Origin: Phoronis australis
Taxonomy: Eukaryota > Animalia > Phoronida
Direction of reading: 5' to 3'
DNA: 64,000 nt
Assembly: GCA_002633005.1 (NCBI GenBank)
Contig: NMRA01000024.1
Span: 1,709,222 to 1,773,221, forward strand
The notes under the pieces were generated by a model, which was not told where the DNA came from, searched no databases, and saw only the letters and a program-made list of their open reading frames with translations. Position numbers and translations under genes: made by a program. This document shows positions 36,472-48,620 of the stretch, piece by piece; within the stretch, counting starts at the first letter, position 1; each line of letters begins with the position of its first letter.

Positions 36472-38080
36472 TATAGACCTAATTCACGCCGACAGGAGGC
36501 GCGTTCTAAAACGAGGCTAGCTACGATAGCTCCGTTGGCTTATCGGCATACTGGTTGTAATCCGCGTTGCTCGAAACGGCTAGAAAAAAATACGGACACT
36601 CAACAGAACTGTCCGTTTTTTAATCCCTAAGGACGTTGAGATTCGGAAGCGTACGTTCGGTCCTTGCCATACGCCGCGACCAAGGAAAATATGGCCGTGT
36701 AATATTTATAAATGTTTTTTAAAAGTTAGATCATATTTTGTCGCATCTCGGTTGCCGAGCATCATAGCAACGACCTTAGAATCTTCGGCCAGCCATGCTG
36801 TGTTCATGACAACGGGTTGAAACATGATACATTTTTCTTCCCAAAAAGGACAGGGCCCTCAATTTCTCGATTTTGGGACCGGATATTGGCCATGGTCCTC
36901 TCAAAAATATTGAAAAATCCCCCGAAATTCCCTCCACGAGGCCTAAAAACTCTCCTAGTGATTGAAAACTTCTCCCCGAAGTTCAAATCACCTGTAACCA
37001 CACTGGTGACAATTTGAAAGAGCACAAAATGTTACTTGAGACAGAGCCTGTGAGAGCATGCAAAAGGACGGGGGTTCTGATCGGGAGGTAGATTTTGCCC
37101 GCACTCGGCGATAAAAGTACCCTCTCAGAAGGCACAGGCACCTTTCCCCTCATGAACGAGGCCCCTGAAGAAACATGATAACTTTTCTTACTCTGTCCAG
37201 TTAACTGAAATTGAGCTCTAAAACGAGGTTATGCTTTGGACGAACGAGTAAGGTGTCTTAATTTTAAAATTCACTGGTCCGGATAGTTGAAACCTAACAT
37301 ATGAAATAGACGTCAGAATTATTAAAACCAGGATAGCAGAATTGATCGGTCAAATAATTACTTGTAAATGTGTGCAAGGGAGTGAATGAGAACCTGCATA
37401 TAATGCGAAAGCGATCGCTCTGGCTGTGCTCGTTTTTATTTTTTTTAAATTTAAAAATGATCAAATAAATTTTATTTACGAGCCTGGTTTTTTATTTTAA
37501 TAAAAATAAATTTAATAACATCAGATATTCTTTCAGATGATTGACAAATCAACTGTTAGTCCCGGTAGTCTCTACCTCACCAGGACCTAGGCTATGCTTG
37601 ATGTTAATATTCTTGATCAACAAATTAAACCAGATGTGACTAATTGCACATGACAGCAAAATGTTATAAGCCACCGCTGTCGAATATATGTTCAACTCGT
37701 CAGCAATACAAGCAGATGACTTGTAGAAAGCATTTTCATCAACGATTTACACGAAGAAACGTAACCCTGCATTCAGCATAATACCTATTCCGTAACACTA
37801 CGATCGCCGTAGTTTGGTCATATCTACTTTTCATGTTTCGAACCTAGGTTTCCGAAAAACTTATACCCTTTCGTCAGACAACATTTTTTATGCATTGACT
37901 TATTCTGTAATGTATTTTTCTACGTCTCTGAGGTTTATTATCGACACATTTTTAAGATTTAATATCCAGGTTGAACTCGAAAGACCAGCCATTTAACTCA
38001 CGCAAGGTCAACTTCAGCTTTGTTTATGGCAGTGAACCTCGCTTTGGATTTTAATGTCCGCCGCGTGAATTAGGTCTATA
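36472..38080. mobile_element. 1.6-kb non-autonomous element with 15+ bp terminal inverted repeats and TA flanks
   Basis: TA-TAGACCTAATTCACG (36472-36488) ... CGTGAATTAGGTCTA-TA (38064-38080); no coding capacity recognised. Confidence 0.6.
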
Positions 38081-40098
38081 CGTTATTTACATGTAGTTTC
38101 AATGATTTAGGTGACTGGACCTAGTCCGCGTTAATATCTTTTCGTTAACTAAAGCAGAGCTTTGGATACTTTTAAGCGGCTGAACAATGAACATTTATTT
38201 AAATTCAACTGTCAGTTTCAAGTTCCGGGATGTTGGGTACTTTAGATAAAGTGTAGTAGGGTCACCAACAGAATCGTCACGAACGCCGCCATCTTGGTTG
38301 ATCTGTAATGTAGACGTGATAATTGTCACTGTATGAAGAAGGCACGCAAAAACTCCAAATTTTTAATCTGGGGCAAAAATTAAATTCTGAACATCTGTAT
38401 TTTCTAAATTATTACATGAATTTTAAACCGTGGTTCTTCAAATGATTACCTATATTTTTTGAAACTCCTTGAAATTCACGAGTACCTCCTTCATCGACTA
38501 AAATGCGTTATTTCACTTTATTCAAATTTATTGTTCCATGATTTAATATGACTTTTGCCACTTATCATGGGAAATTTGCCAGAGTCAAATACAGAAGTTC
38601 GAGAATCCCTCTTATCAAAACACTCGGGCGTTTAGTAACGGTAAGTACTCGAAAGGCTCTTGCAAAAATAACGTGCCTGGTGCAACGGAAATGAATAGTT
38701 ATGCACCCGTAGCTCAAGCCAATGGCTTGAGCTACTATGATTGCGAAGTCCCACAAGGTCCTCTGGGATGTGTTTTTTATCACATTTCACTCAAACTATC
38801 TCCACGCAATTTGACTGCATAAATGTATTTTTATTGACCACCCGTTACAGTAAGTGTGTTGGATTCTTACGGAGGTAGAGGACACGCTGTCATCTACGTA
38901 ACTACGTTCCATAATGAATTGTAAATTTACGTGAGTAATTGCTATTGAGAATAATGTATAAAGTACTTGTGAAATGTTACGAAATTTCGTTTTGTGTTTG
39001 TTTATCTACAATAACTCGTTAAAAGTCTGGCTGTCCACTAAGACGTGTATTTGCATGATCGTGAAATCCACTACAAGCGACAAACACTTTTTCTCGTTCG
39101 TTCTCCTTATATAGTTGATCTGTTTTCCAAAAACCCTGAAGCGCATCCTAAAATCATAGATTTAAACGGACATTATCGCTTTTACGACCAAAAACTCAAT
39201 TTTGAAATTATTGTTCAATGAGATAGTCCTTTTCAAGTTATTAGCTTTGACCAAGGCTATTAAACAACACAGTACGTCGCCTTGTTAAAAATCGTCCATT
39301 CTCGGAGTTGGCTGCCAGACATATCGCTGCAATCAAGTCCGCGGCCTAAAATGTTCTGCCACATACTGTGTGTGATCGTCTCAGACAGAATACAAAAGCA
39401 AGATTGACTGAATAGACCGGAGGTCACACTGAACTCGTCACATCAATTGAAGAAAAATGCTTACTGTAGGTTGATTGTTTTGTTTAAAGATTCTTCTTAA
39501 CAGACTGTATAGTAGAATGTGCGCGTTTGGTCGGCCATTGTTCAGGAATTCACTCACCAACAATTATGCATCCTAACCACCTTACTATTGCCAGTATTGG
39601 GAGCAGCAGGCCTCTCGTGGGGGTTCGATGGAAATAAGAAGAGACTGAGTGGCCACCCCGGGGGAGGAATTGGTGTCGCCGGTGGTGGAGAATTGAAGGC
39701 GATCGAAAATGTGCCCAGATCCGTAAAACTTGAAAAATGTGGTCGCGAAACGTGAACTAAAACGTAGGTGCGTTAATCTTGCATTGCGTGAACAGTGACG
39801 CGATAATTGCTCCTCTACATCCTTTTGTTACCCATGTTAATGCTTGTTAACTGCGAACAAGCATTGCAAAGTAGCAATGGACGAAAGCATTTTTTCAGAA
39901 GCGCATTCTGTGTCTTTGTTACTTGCGGCGAGAAAGCTTGCCTTATGGAAAGTAAACAGCGACCGTACTCCCAACAACGTTTACTGTCCTTACATGGTTT
40001 CGGGTGATATTGCGGGATCTCACCACACTCGTAAGCCAAGCAACGGAACGCACCCCACCCTGGGGTACAGTAAGCTTGCCACACGTGCACTAAGAAAC

Positions 40099-43000
40099 CT
40101 ACCCATTTGTGGTTAGTTGCTCGTATTCAACTCTTCCCTTATGCTTCCACTTGAATGACCACAGAGTAGCGGGCTCTGTGGTCAAAACGACCTCGTTTGA
40201 GTTTGGCTTGAAGGCGAGATTGGTTAAATTTTGCAGGCCAGGTGGTAGCCTGATTATTGTGTCCGGTTTTCCACCCTTTTGACTGAACACCTCAATCGTG
40301 CCCTTACTGAAATGCGTGACGAGGACGTTCCCCATTGCGTCGAATTTCATGCCGTCGTAGCCTCCATAGTAAACACCAGTTTCTGCAAATACAACAACAA
40401 TGTGTGCTTTACTACTAATAGTAATTAATTGTCCCTTTACAGAATGTAATATATTTTATTGTTAGGCGAAAGTGACACTTCAGCACACGGGTATATCGTC
40501 TATTGCCCAATTTGATCCGAACAAACTCGCTTAAATTCGTATAATGCGTGTCTATCCGCCGATGTACAGCAAACCGCCAATGGACATCATAACGTCCACC
40601 CAATGACAGGGCCGGAGGAAGCGGGAGGGCGGGGGGAAACAGCCCCCAAAATTTTTAGGCGTTAGGGTTAAACCGTGGCATTTGACATACGCGTGGGGCT
40701 TGGACAGTCGAGGAGAAAAGACTGCTAAATGCGGATAAGAATGAAAATTCAAGAGAACATTTAGCAACTCTGTATCAGTGCATGGTTTACCTTTCGAGGA
40801 CCCTGGCCAGGACATTGTTGTTGGGATCTCCGCTTTCGTAGCACAGGTCGCCTAAACGCACTTGAAAACGTGCACGTAATCATTCATGCATGTATTTCGA
40901 AAAATCGAAAAAGTATAAAGAGAAGCTTTTGCGGAGCGTATTAATTTACTGGATTTTTAAATTCAATAAGTCAATTTTGCGACTACAAAACCACACTTTT
41001 CTAGAGGCCCCTCCATAGCAAAGGATAACGGAGACAACTGTTGCTTTTTCTCGAATTGTATATCACTTGAGAAAAATTGATGACCTGGCAAACATCATCG
41101 AATGCTGCACATTTTTTGATTTTTCAAAATACAGTTATTTTCATATTGAGGGGCCCCACTCTTGAAGGAGGCCATTGATGACATTCAAGTGGCCACATTT
41201 TTATGGTTTTATTGACAAATTCTTAAGGGTCCACTCACGGAGAGAGGACCCAAAGTTGGACTCGTGCTTTTCGTGAACTCGTGCAACAGACGTTCATGTT
41301 GAGGAAGGTCACTTCCTGCACCGTCTTGTGACGACTCGACGGTGGAATGAACTGTCACTCTTTTCCAAGCTTAATGATGTTTAACCTTTCATAATTAACG
41401 TGTCCCATTTCAGACAGGACCCTCTCTCGGTGGAGCAGTTCAGGGGAAATGTCCGTTTGTCCCTCTATACATGTAAATCCGACACTACCAAGTATTCACG
41501 AGAGAAGTTGAGATTCCAAATTCATCAAAAAACACAAACTATTCGTGCACAGCACAGTTGTATCAAGAGATTCGACTCAAACAACCAATAATGCGAAATA
41601 ATGCAAAAGGATTGAACGCCATCGAAAGGGTGGAATTTTGAAGAACGTGAAGACCGCTACTTGTTAATTGCACAAAATGACTATTTCCAATGGTTAGTTA
41701 TAGAATAATGTTACTGTTTCCCACAGTATCACAAGAATAGTATCTCTTTTGCAAATGGTTACTATGAGTTGTTTGTAAGGAATTGACGTATCGCAAGCCC
41801 TTGCGTTATGTCGACTAACAAACAATAAGTTTTACCCGGCGACGTGTTGTTTGTCGGGTAAAATGGCGGCTTGCAAACGAAGGTGTGTCAATAATGCTGC
41901 ATTCTAAATGGTCAGTTAAGCCGTCATTCAAAATTCTGGTGATAGGTCAATTCCCACATGTGGAAAACATTGCTGTAGAGGCTACCTTTTTGGTGACCGT
42001 GTACATGTCAAAAGAGTGACCCCAAATACTCGCACTAATAAACAAATATTTCAGCTTTTTTGAGGTCAAGTTCAAATGGGACGGAGGTTCGTTCCAGCCC
42101 CCCAAGCTCCCCCCCGGATGCGCGCATGCACGGAGCACGTCATGATTGGCACACCCACGTTAAAAATAAGGTGTAACCATGTAGTAGGCCTGCGTAGAAT
42201 CTCAGTTACCCACGGGAACTGAATTTGAACTCCAGACGTTGAAGTGTGTACATTTTTGGGACACACTCTGTATCATTTCCCGCAGTAGCCAGAAACTAGA
42301 TTACCGGCTGTGTTTCATCTAGGGATTTTGAAACGGCCACAAAGGTACTCACACCAAGCACCTAGGGACCTCGCTTTTCCAAAACATTACTTCAAAGAAT
42401 GGCCATAATAAAATGAAGGTTTCCCCGAAATTGGATCATAATAAAACAAAGCTTGACCTTCACTCCAGAGCAGAGGAATACCTGTAGGTACGAATCCACT
42501 GTTGGACTGAACCCAGCTCTAGTTACTTCAGGCAGCTCCCAGCAATCCGTCAGTGGGCTGGCTCTAGACCCATTCTTATTCTCCGTGAAACTTTGTTGGT
42601 TCACGGTTACTCAAATTCTGATGGCTGCATCCTCGGTGTTACCCCCACCTATGGNTGCCACCACTTTGCTAGAAAACGCTAGTACGTAAATTCCCGAGCT
42701 TTGGCTTACTCTGATTTGTTTTTTACTCGCATGATTTTGTTTAGTCTTGCCTTTCATGATCTTACTTTTTCGTGAGATCTTTGCTCCTGGCGGAATGTGT
42801 CTCTGGCCTGAATCTATAAGAGGAAAACGATTTAAAAGCAAACTGAACTCATACCAGGTGAGGTTCACCACACTCGTTTGTTTCGCACTTGACAAGGTCC
42901 AATGATATCGTAAGCCCACACTTTTCGAGTGAAAGTTTCCGACACCAATACGAGAACGGGTTTTCCGTCTTTTGAGTGTTGAACAGCGATTCCATTAACG

Positions 43001-46000
43001 TATCTGTTGCCAGTATCTAGTTTTATTATGTCACCCCTTGTCCTACAAAACAGTGCATGCTGTTAATTTCTGAAGCTCCAAATGGTAACTAAACGAATAC
43101 TTTCTGCGCGTTGAGATGCTTAATCAGCGCGCTGCACTAATTCTTCAACGCGTTGTGTTGGTTGTCTTGCTGCTCTTATTCAATGCGCAAAATTAGTCAT
43201 TCAACGTCTGCGCTGCCTCCTTTCGGCGGTACCGACTGTAAACTTGTCTTTGACCGGATATAAATCAGTGCGCGTTGAGTAACAAATTCTGGGCGTTGAA
43301 TCAGGGCAGAGAGGTTATCGTTTAAGAACCCATTCTGGCGTTGGATAATTAAAGGTCCAATCAGTTTTCGTTTTGTAGGTGGCTTGGCAACAGCAGAAAT
43401 GCAACTTTAATATTCATAAGCTATTGTATTGGCTGCAACCAGATGTAATCGAGAAATATAAAAGTTTGGAGATTTTGCCGTTATGATTCCATATTTGTAT
43501 TAAGACAAAAAGTTGTAGAATCACATCTCAATAACACTCCAGCGAGTAAGTCACCATGTGGCGAGTCCGTCTCGTCCACGAGTCGGATCATGCTCACAAC
43601 TGTCAAACAACAGGTGGTCGAAATCGACGGCATTTCTTTAGTCCTCTCAAAAATAGTTCGGCAATGGTATAATATACTAGAAAGGCCCGGAAGGAGAAGA
43701 TGTTTCCAAAAGCAGAATGACTGCGTGGTTTTCCTTTGGATGCCCAATATTACAAGATAATTCCATTCTTATTCGTCTGAAAATAGCTACTTACTACGTG
43801 CACTGCTACCTGTTAGCGGTAAAGACCTTGGTCGAGTGAGTATCTTTTGCAGTAAATTTCAATATTGTGAGAATGGTTAGAGTGGAGCATCCCAACACAT
43901 TTGCCGGCCATGTCAGCCCAGGGGGTCGCATTTTGACATAACATAGCTGAGAAAATAGGTACCGATTAAAAAATATTAAGAGGTTTTTAAAAACGATTAT
44001 GTATGACTTGATATACAAGCATGTGCACCGAGCTAAATATCTACAACAGTATAGAACATAACTCAGTAGAACTGTGTATTTTTTAAAATACTTAAGCCTG
44101 TGGAATTTGATATTTTACTTAATACCAATCTTCCACTGATTGGATCACATGACATTAGTTATTAGTAATTTTTTTGCAGAAAGAAAGGTATGTTCACAGC
44201 AAAACAAATTCATTTAATAACCAGTTGACCAAATTTCATTTGAAATAATGTTCAAGATGAAATCTCAAAAACGATGTCACAATTTTCTACGTTATCATTT
44301 CGCTAGGCAGAACTTATTATTTTCATGAAAATCCAAATTTTTTATAGCCTCTCTTACAAAAGTAGTGCACGTTTAAAAACAATTCCCAATTGAATTTTGG
44401 AGAACAGTGCGTAAAGTGGGGCATCAGTGTCAATTCATTCTGACTGGATCAGCCATTTCTAAAATTTGATGTTCCAAAGTTAGCCAAATGTGAGCACTTT
44501 CTGAGGTCCCACGTAACCTTAAACGGGACATTTTGACTTTTCATACCTTTCATTGCCGGCATTCACCGCTCGATATTTTCATGCGAATCGCTCATTGTCC
44601 GACTACGTGCAACTGATCGGGCAGCTCAGGAGCGAAGTAGTTCTAAAATGTCTCACTGGTGATTTGAAATGCATAGTTTCAAGATGGTTACCTGTTATAG
44701 CAATATAGTGACCCATTTACACGCGTTTGAGGGGATAGATTGTCCCTGTATTTGGCGGGTGCAATCTCTCCTACTGGTGCCGTCATCCACATGTTTCCGT
44801 TGAAGTCAAACGTCCCGTCGTTAAATCCCTGCAGGTGTTGATTGTTGGAATCTTTTCGTGCAATTTGTGTATACTTTCCGTCAGGAGTCACTTTGAGCAG
44901 TGCATGCCTGAGATCAGTCACCCATAGGTTGCCATCTCGGTCGCACTGGCCGCCATTTGAGTTCCCGCCAACTGACTTGATATTGGGTTGGGCAATACTT
45001 GAGAGCTGAGGAGGCGTGAAAAATAAATGGAGACGATATACATGTAGCATAGTACGGGTACTGGTGTGATTTGTAACTGATTTAAATTCAAACAAAGTTC
45101 AAGAATGTGACATCGCTGCTTTGTAAGAGGAAACACGACTGTGAATAAAATTGAAATTTTTATCGCCAGAAAATGGTTTGTGGCGGACTTAATTCCGACC
45201 TGATTAGTTTTACTCATTTAATATAATTAGGGTGAGACACCCACGTTAAATTGGTGGGATATTTTTCAGTCGACACAGCCTCTGCCTTCGTCACCAGTCA
45301 CGTGTATTTGTGTCAGTTACGTTACACGAGTCTTACAAGTGCAATGGGAAGCAATCCGAGATCACCTTGTGCCCATGGCAAACGGCCTGTAAAGATTTAT
45401 AAACATGTCGCTCGGAATTGAAAAGCAGTCCAGCATGAAAATGCTTCATGGGTGAATGAGCCAGACGAGCACATTATCAAACATATTTTTATCTCATTCT
45501 TAGGTCAGTGACATTCCTAAGCCTTTACATTTTAAACTTGACAGACATTATGCTGGTCCTCTGTTCAATATTTTACAGTGCCAACACCTGGCGTGTGTTC
45601 CGTATACGTGAGAACCTCGCGTCTTGTACAACGAGCGAAGTTTGTAGTCCTTCACGAGACACTTGCGTCTACGGATATCAGTCTTGTGCCCGTGATTCGA
45701 AATTCTACGCGAAGACACACTTCAAATAAACGTTCAAATCTCACGCCTTTATAGTAGGGTAAATGCCCCTTTGCTGAAGAGGTTGATTTTTAAGCCTCAA
45801 ACCAGTCCTTCTCTGCTGCATTATCATGTCTATAGGGGGTGGCGGGAGCGACCCTCTGTCACCTTAAATCCACAGTTGGTCTTTGATATACTTCCTTTTG
45901 AAGTGTATTTGTGAACATTAATCAAACTTGTTATGACATGCCTTGGAAGCTTTCCCTCCCCGTGCCCACTCAGACAGACTTTTAATAGAACCACCTCAAC

Positions 46001-46297
46001 TTCAAAACAGAAAAATGAACGTGTTAATTTCCTCATCCAGTAAACGGAAACTTTACCAACCTTTCTCCGTTTCAAATCCACACTATAGATATCGCATCCC
46101 GTGACTCCTTGCGGACTAACGTGCGGCGCAGTCATGTACAAATTTCCCTCTCTATCAAACATTGGTCCCTCGCTATAGGCGTGCGGCTTGAAGAATGTAT
46201 TATTGAATATCAAAGTAGCATTCGGTTTGAAAATATCAAAACCATTTGTGAACGAAAGAATCAGAGTTCCTATGAGCAATACGTATGCTGATATCAT
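40099..46297 (-). CDS. Diisopropyl-fluorophosphatase (DFPase)-like / SMP-30-gluconolactonase-family six-bladed beta-propeller with signal peptide; 4 exons, ~340 codons, interrupted by an in-frame TGA (possible pseudogene or null allele)
   Basis: Exons 46297-46061 (MISAYVLLIGTLILSFTNG...YSEGPMFDREGNLYMTAP), 45005-44692 (QCDRDGNLWVTD...LQGFNDGTFDFNGNMWMTAP...GSLYCY), 43042-42855 (DTGNRYVNGIAV...VSETFTRKVWAYDIIGP...NKRVW*TSP), 40382-40099 (GGYDGMKFDAMGNVLVTHF...IEVF...NLAFKP...LWSFKW). Splice phases 0/2/1 are consistent. Motifs parallel squid DFPase (EGP, QGCND, NGIAV, GGADGMDFD). Confidence 0.88.
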
Positions 46298-46667
46298 TTT
46301 CCTGTATAGTAAATGGCGAAGCCAAAGCGCACGGATCCGTAGGTCACGCACAAAGCTGCTCCCACACAATAGCGTTCAGCATTTATAAAGCTCACTTTGT
46401 CATCCAAGTCACTCACACCAGATATTAAAAATCAGGTCATATTTTTTTCTTGGTCACGGGATACTCGTAAAAAGTACAACAGCTTGCCCAGTGATACGTG
46501 TCCGTAAACACAGCAGTGACGGGGACGGAAGAAAACGCTAAAGCCCGCCGAACACACACTCCGATTGACGACGGACGTTATGCTAGCCACGTACAACTGC
46601 CACTCGCTCAATTGATGCTTGACTGTGCCTGCATGACAGCTTGCTCGCAAGCTATGCTGCCAGTGCC

Positions 46668-47291
46668 AGGGGGCGTTTTATGAAATTGTTAGTGTTGTAA
46701 CTTGGACAGAAAACGGACTAACTTAGACCAAATTGTATTAGCCTCGTTTCATGAAATTTCTGAAGACCAAAACTAACTGAGACCGGAGTCGGTCTAAAAA
46801 GTTGAGACCGGAAGTTAGGCACCTATGGAGTTGGCTCAAAATTGGACTTTTGATTTCAGTGACCAGAATGTATGACCATCATCATTATAAAGTGCTTAAA
46901 AACAAATTTCGTAGATGTTTTTCGCAATCAATATTGCCCTAAACAATGTCATATTGAAGATCGTCTGCTTTCGATTTGAAACCGGCAAAAGCCGTAAGGA
47001 CAATGCAGTGCAAAATGATATTTTCTAGCCACACTATGGTCTTCTGAAGTAAACAGATCCCTATTATGAGTTTCAAGGCCAAGATCATTTTCGAAATCTC
47101 ATTTCAGTCAACGTCTCGCTTAGTTTTGTGAATTCGCAACAGTTGGCGCTAGCGTAGTTTCCATGCTCATCTTTGTCGAAAACCGGCCAAAATCCGACAG
47201 TGTTCACGAAACGGCTTTTTTCTAAATTTCCTTTATCGGTCTTAACTCAGTTTGAATTTCGGTCTTACCACAGACAAAGTTTTGGTCTTAA
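46668..47291. mobile_element. PIF/Harbinger-like MITE fragment, interrupted by the Kolobok derivative
   Basis: Starts GGGGGCGTTTTATGAAA, internal GCCTCGTTTCATGAAA, AGACC motifs on the left and GGTCT motifs on the right (loosely inverted). Family assignment is by resemblance only. Confidence 0.4.
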
Positions 47292-48620
47292 AGGCGAAGG
47301 CAACCTTTTTTCATGTCATTTTTAGCAAAAATAAGGTTCGTTGAATATCTCAGACATATTTTTCACTTATTTACTGCTTTTCGTAATTTAATTAATTACT
47401 CGTCCTCTACTCCGGAAGTGACGTTTTGGGAGACAAGAATTTCGCGCCAATTTCTTTTCATACAGTCTGACTGTGTGAGCAGTCGAGTCAGTCATTATTC
47501 TACCTCGGTTGTGATAAGTTCGGTCGTCGTCTGCTTTTGCTAACGAGTCAGTCAACATGTTACGCTGTTGCTGCGTACTGGGGTGTACTCATTATCGTCT
47601 CACGTACAGAGGAAGAACTGTCCCACTTACCCGAGTGTCCCGCGACACACTCCCACTGAAGGGTGATCTGAGCACCCAAACTGCTTACATCCCGCCGTGT
47701 GACTCCCTCGTCACACACCTGGCACCTTCCAAATAGCTCCAATACAAGTCCACAATAAACTTATCAAACTTAGACTCACCGATCTGTTCATTGGATGACG
47801 AACTGTCCTCTTCACTGGGTGTTGAACTGGGCCTGTATTCACTCCCACTACTCAACATCGATGCAGGGCTGCTTACAGGCTCTGGGCTAGAGACAACAGC
47901 ACAGGGCGAATCACTGCTAGTTCCCGGAATTGGTCGCAATGGGGGTACGTTCGGAGGCACGAGTAACAGTACATGAAGTGCCTCCAGTCACTACATAGCG
48001 GCCACAGCTCACGAGGCTTCTCGCTTCAAAAACGCACTTCTCAGGGTTGGCGACGGGGCACTGCCGGGAATCAACAGCGACAGTATGGTACCCTTCTTCA
48101 GGCGTTTTTTCGCAGGGACCTTCATCAATTCAGCGTACATATATGTCATAATCTGACGGCAGAAAATGCTTGCCACACACTCAGTAACCCTCCACTGCTT
48201 TGTACGTTGCGTGGACGGGTAGCGCTGCGTTCTTCACATGAACGAGCTAGCCAAGTACGGCGAAGTGTGTCATCCTTCGGAAAGCGACGCAAGGTACCCA
48301 AATCGCGTGTGAGACGATAATGAGTACATCCCGGCACGCAGCAACAGCGTTTCATGTTGACTGACTTGTAAACAAAAGCAGACGACGACCGAACTTATCA
48401 CAACCGAGGTAGAACAATGACTGACTCGACAGCTCTCACAGTCGGACTATAATGAAAAGAAATTGGTGCGAAACTCTTGCCTCCCAAAACGTCACTTCCG
48501 GAGTAGAGGACGAGAAATTAATCAAATTACGAAAAGCTGTAATTAAGTGAAAAATGTGTCTGGGATAATCAACGAACCTTATTTTTGCTAAAAGTGACAT
48601 GAGAAAGGTTGCTTTCGCCT
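47292..48620 (-). mobile_element. Internally deleted Kolobok-type DNA transposon with THAP-domain remnant and ~310-bp inverted repeats
   Basis: TTAA-AGGCGAAGGCAACC (47288-) ... GGTTGCTTTCGCCT-TCAA (-48624); 47292-47603 is the reverse complement of 48308-48620. Minus strand: MKRCCCVPGC...RRFPKDDTLRRTW (THAP N-terminus, 48355), KKRLKKGTILSL/RSAFLKRE, Ser-rich linker, then ELFGRCQVC...GAQITLQWECVAGHSGKWDSS (zinc-binding block preceding the Kolobok catalytic domain). Stops and frameshifts present; no DDE domain. Confidence 0.85.

Noticed and set aside
42865-42867. Selenocysteine interpretation of the in-frame TGA
   Set aside because: Position aligns with Gly, not Cys; I saw no SECIS-like element by eye downstream of exon 4; context TGA-ACC is not a strong readthrough signal. 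Kept only as an option to test.
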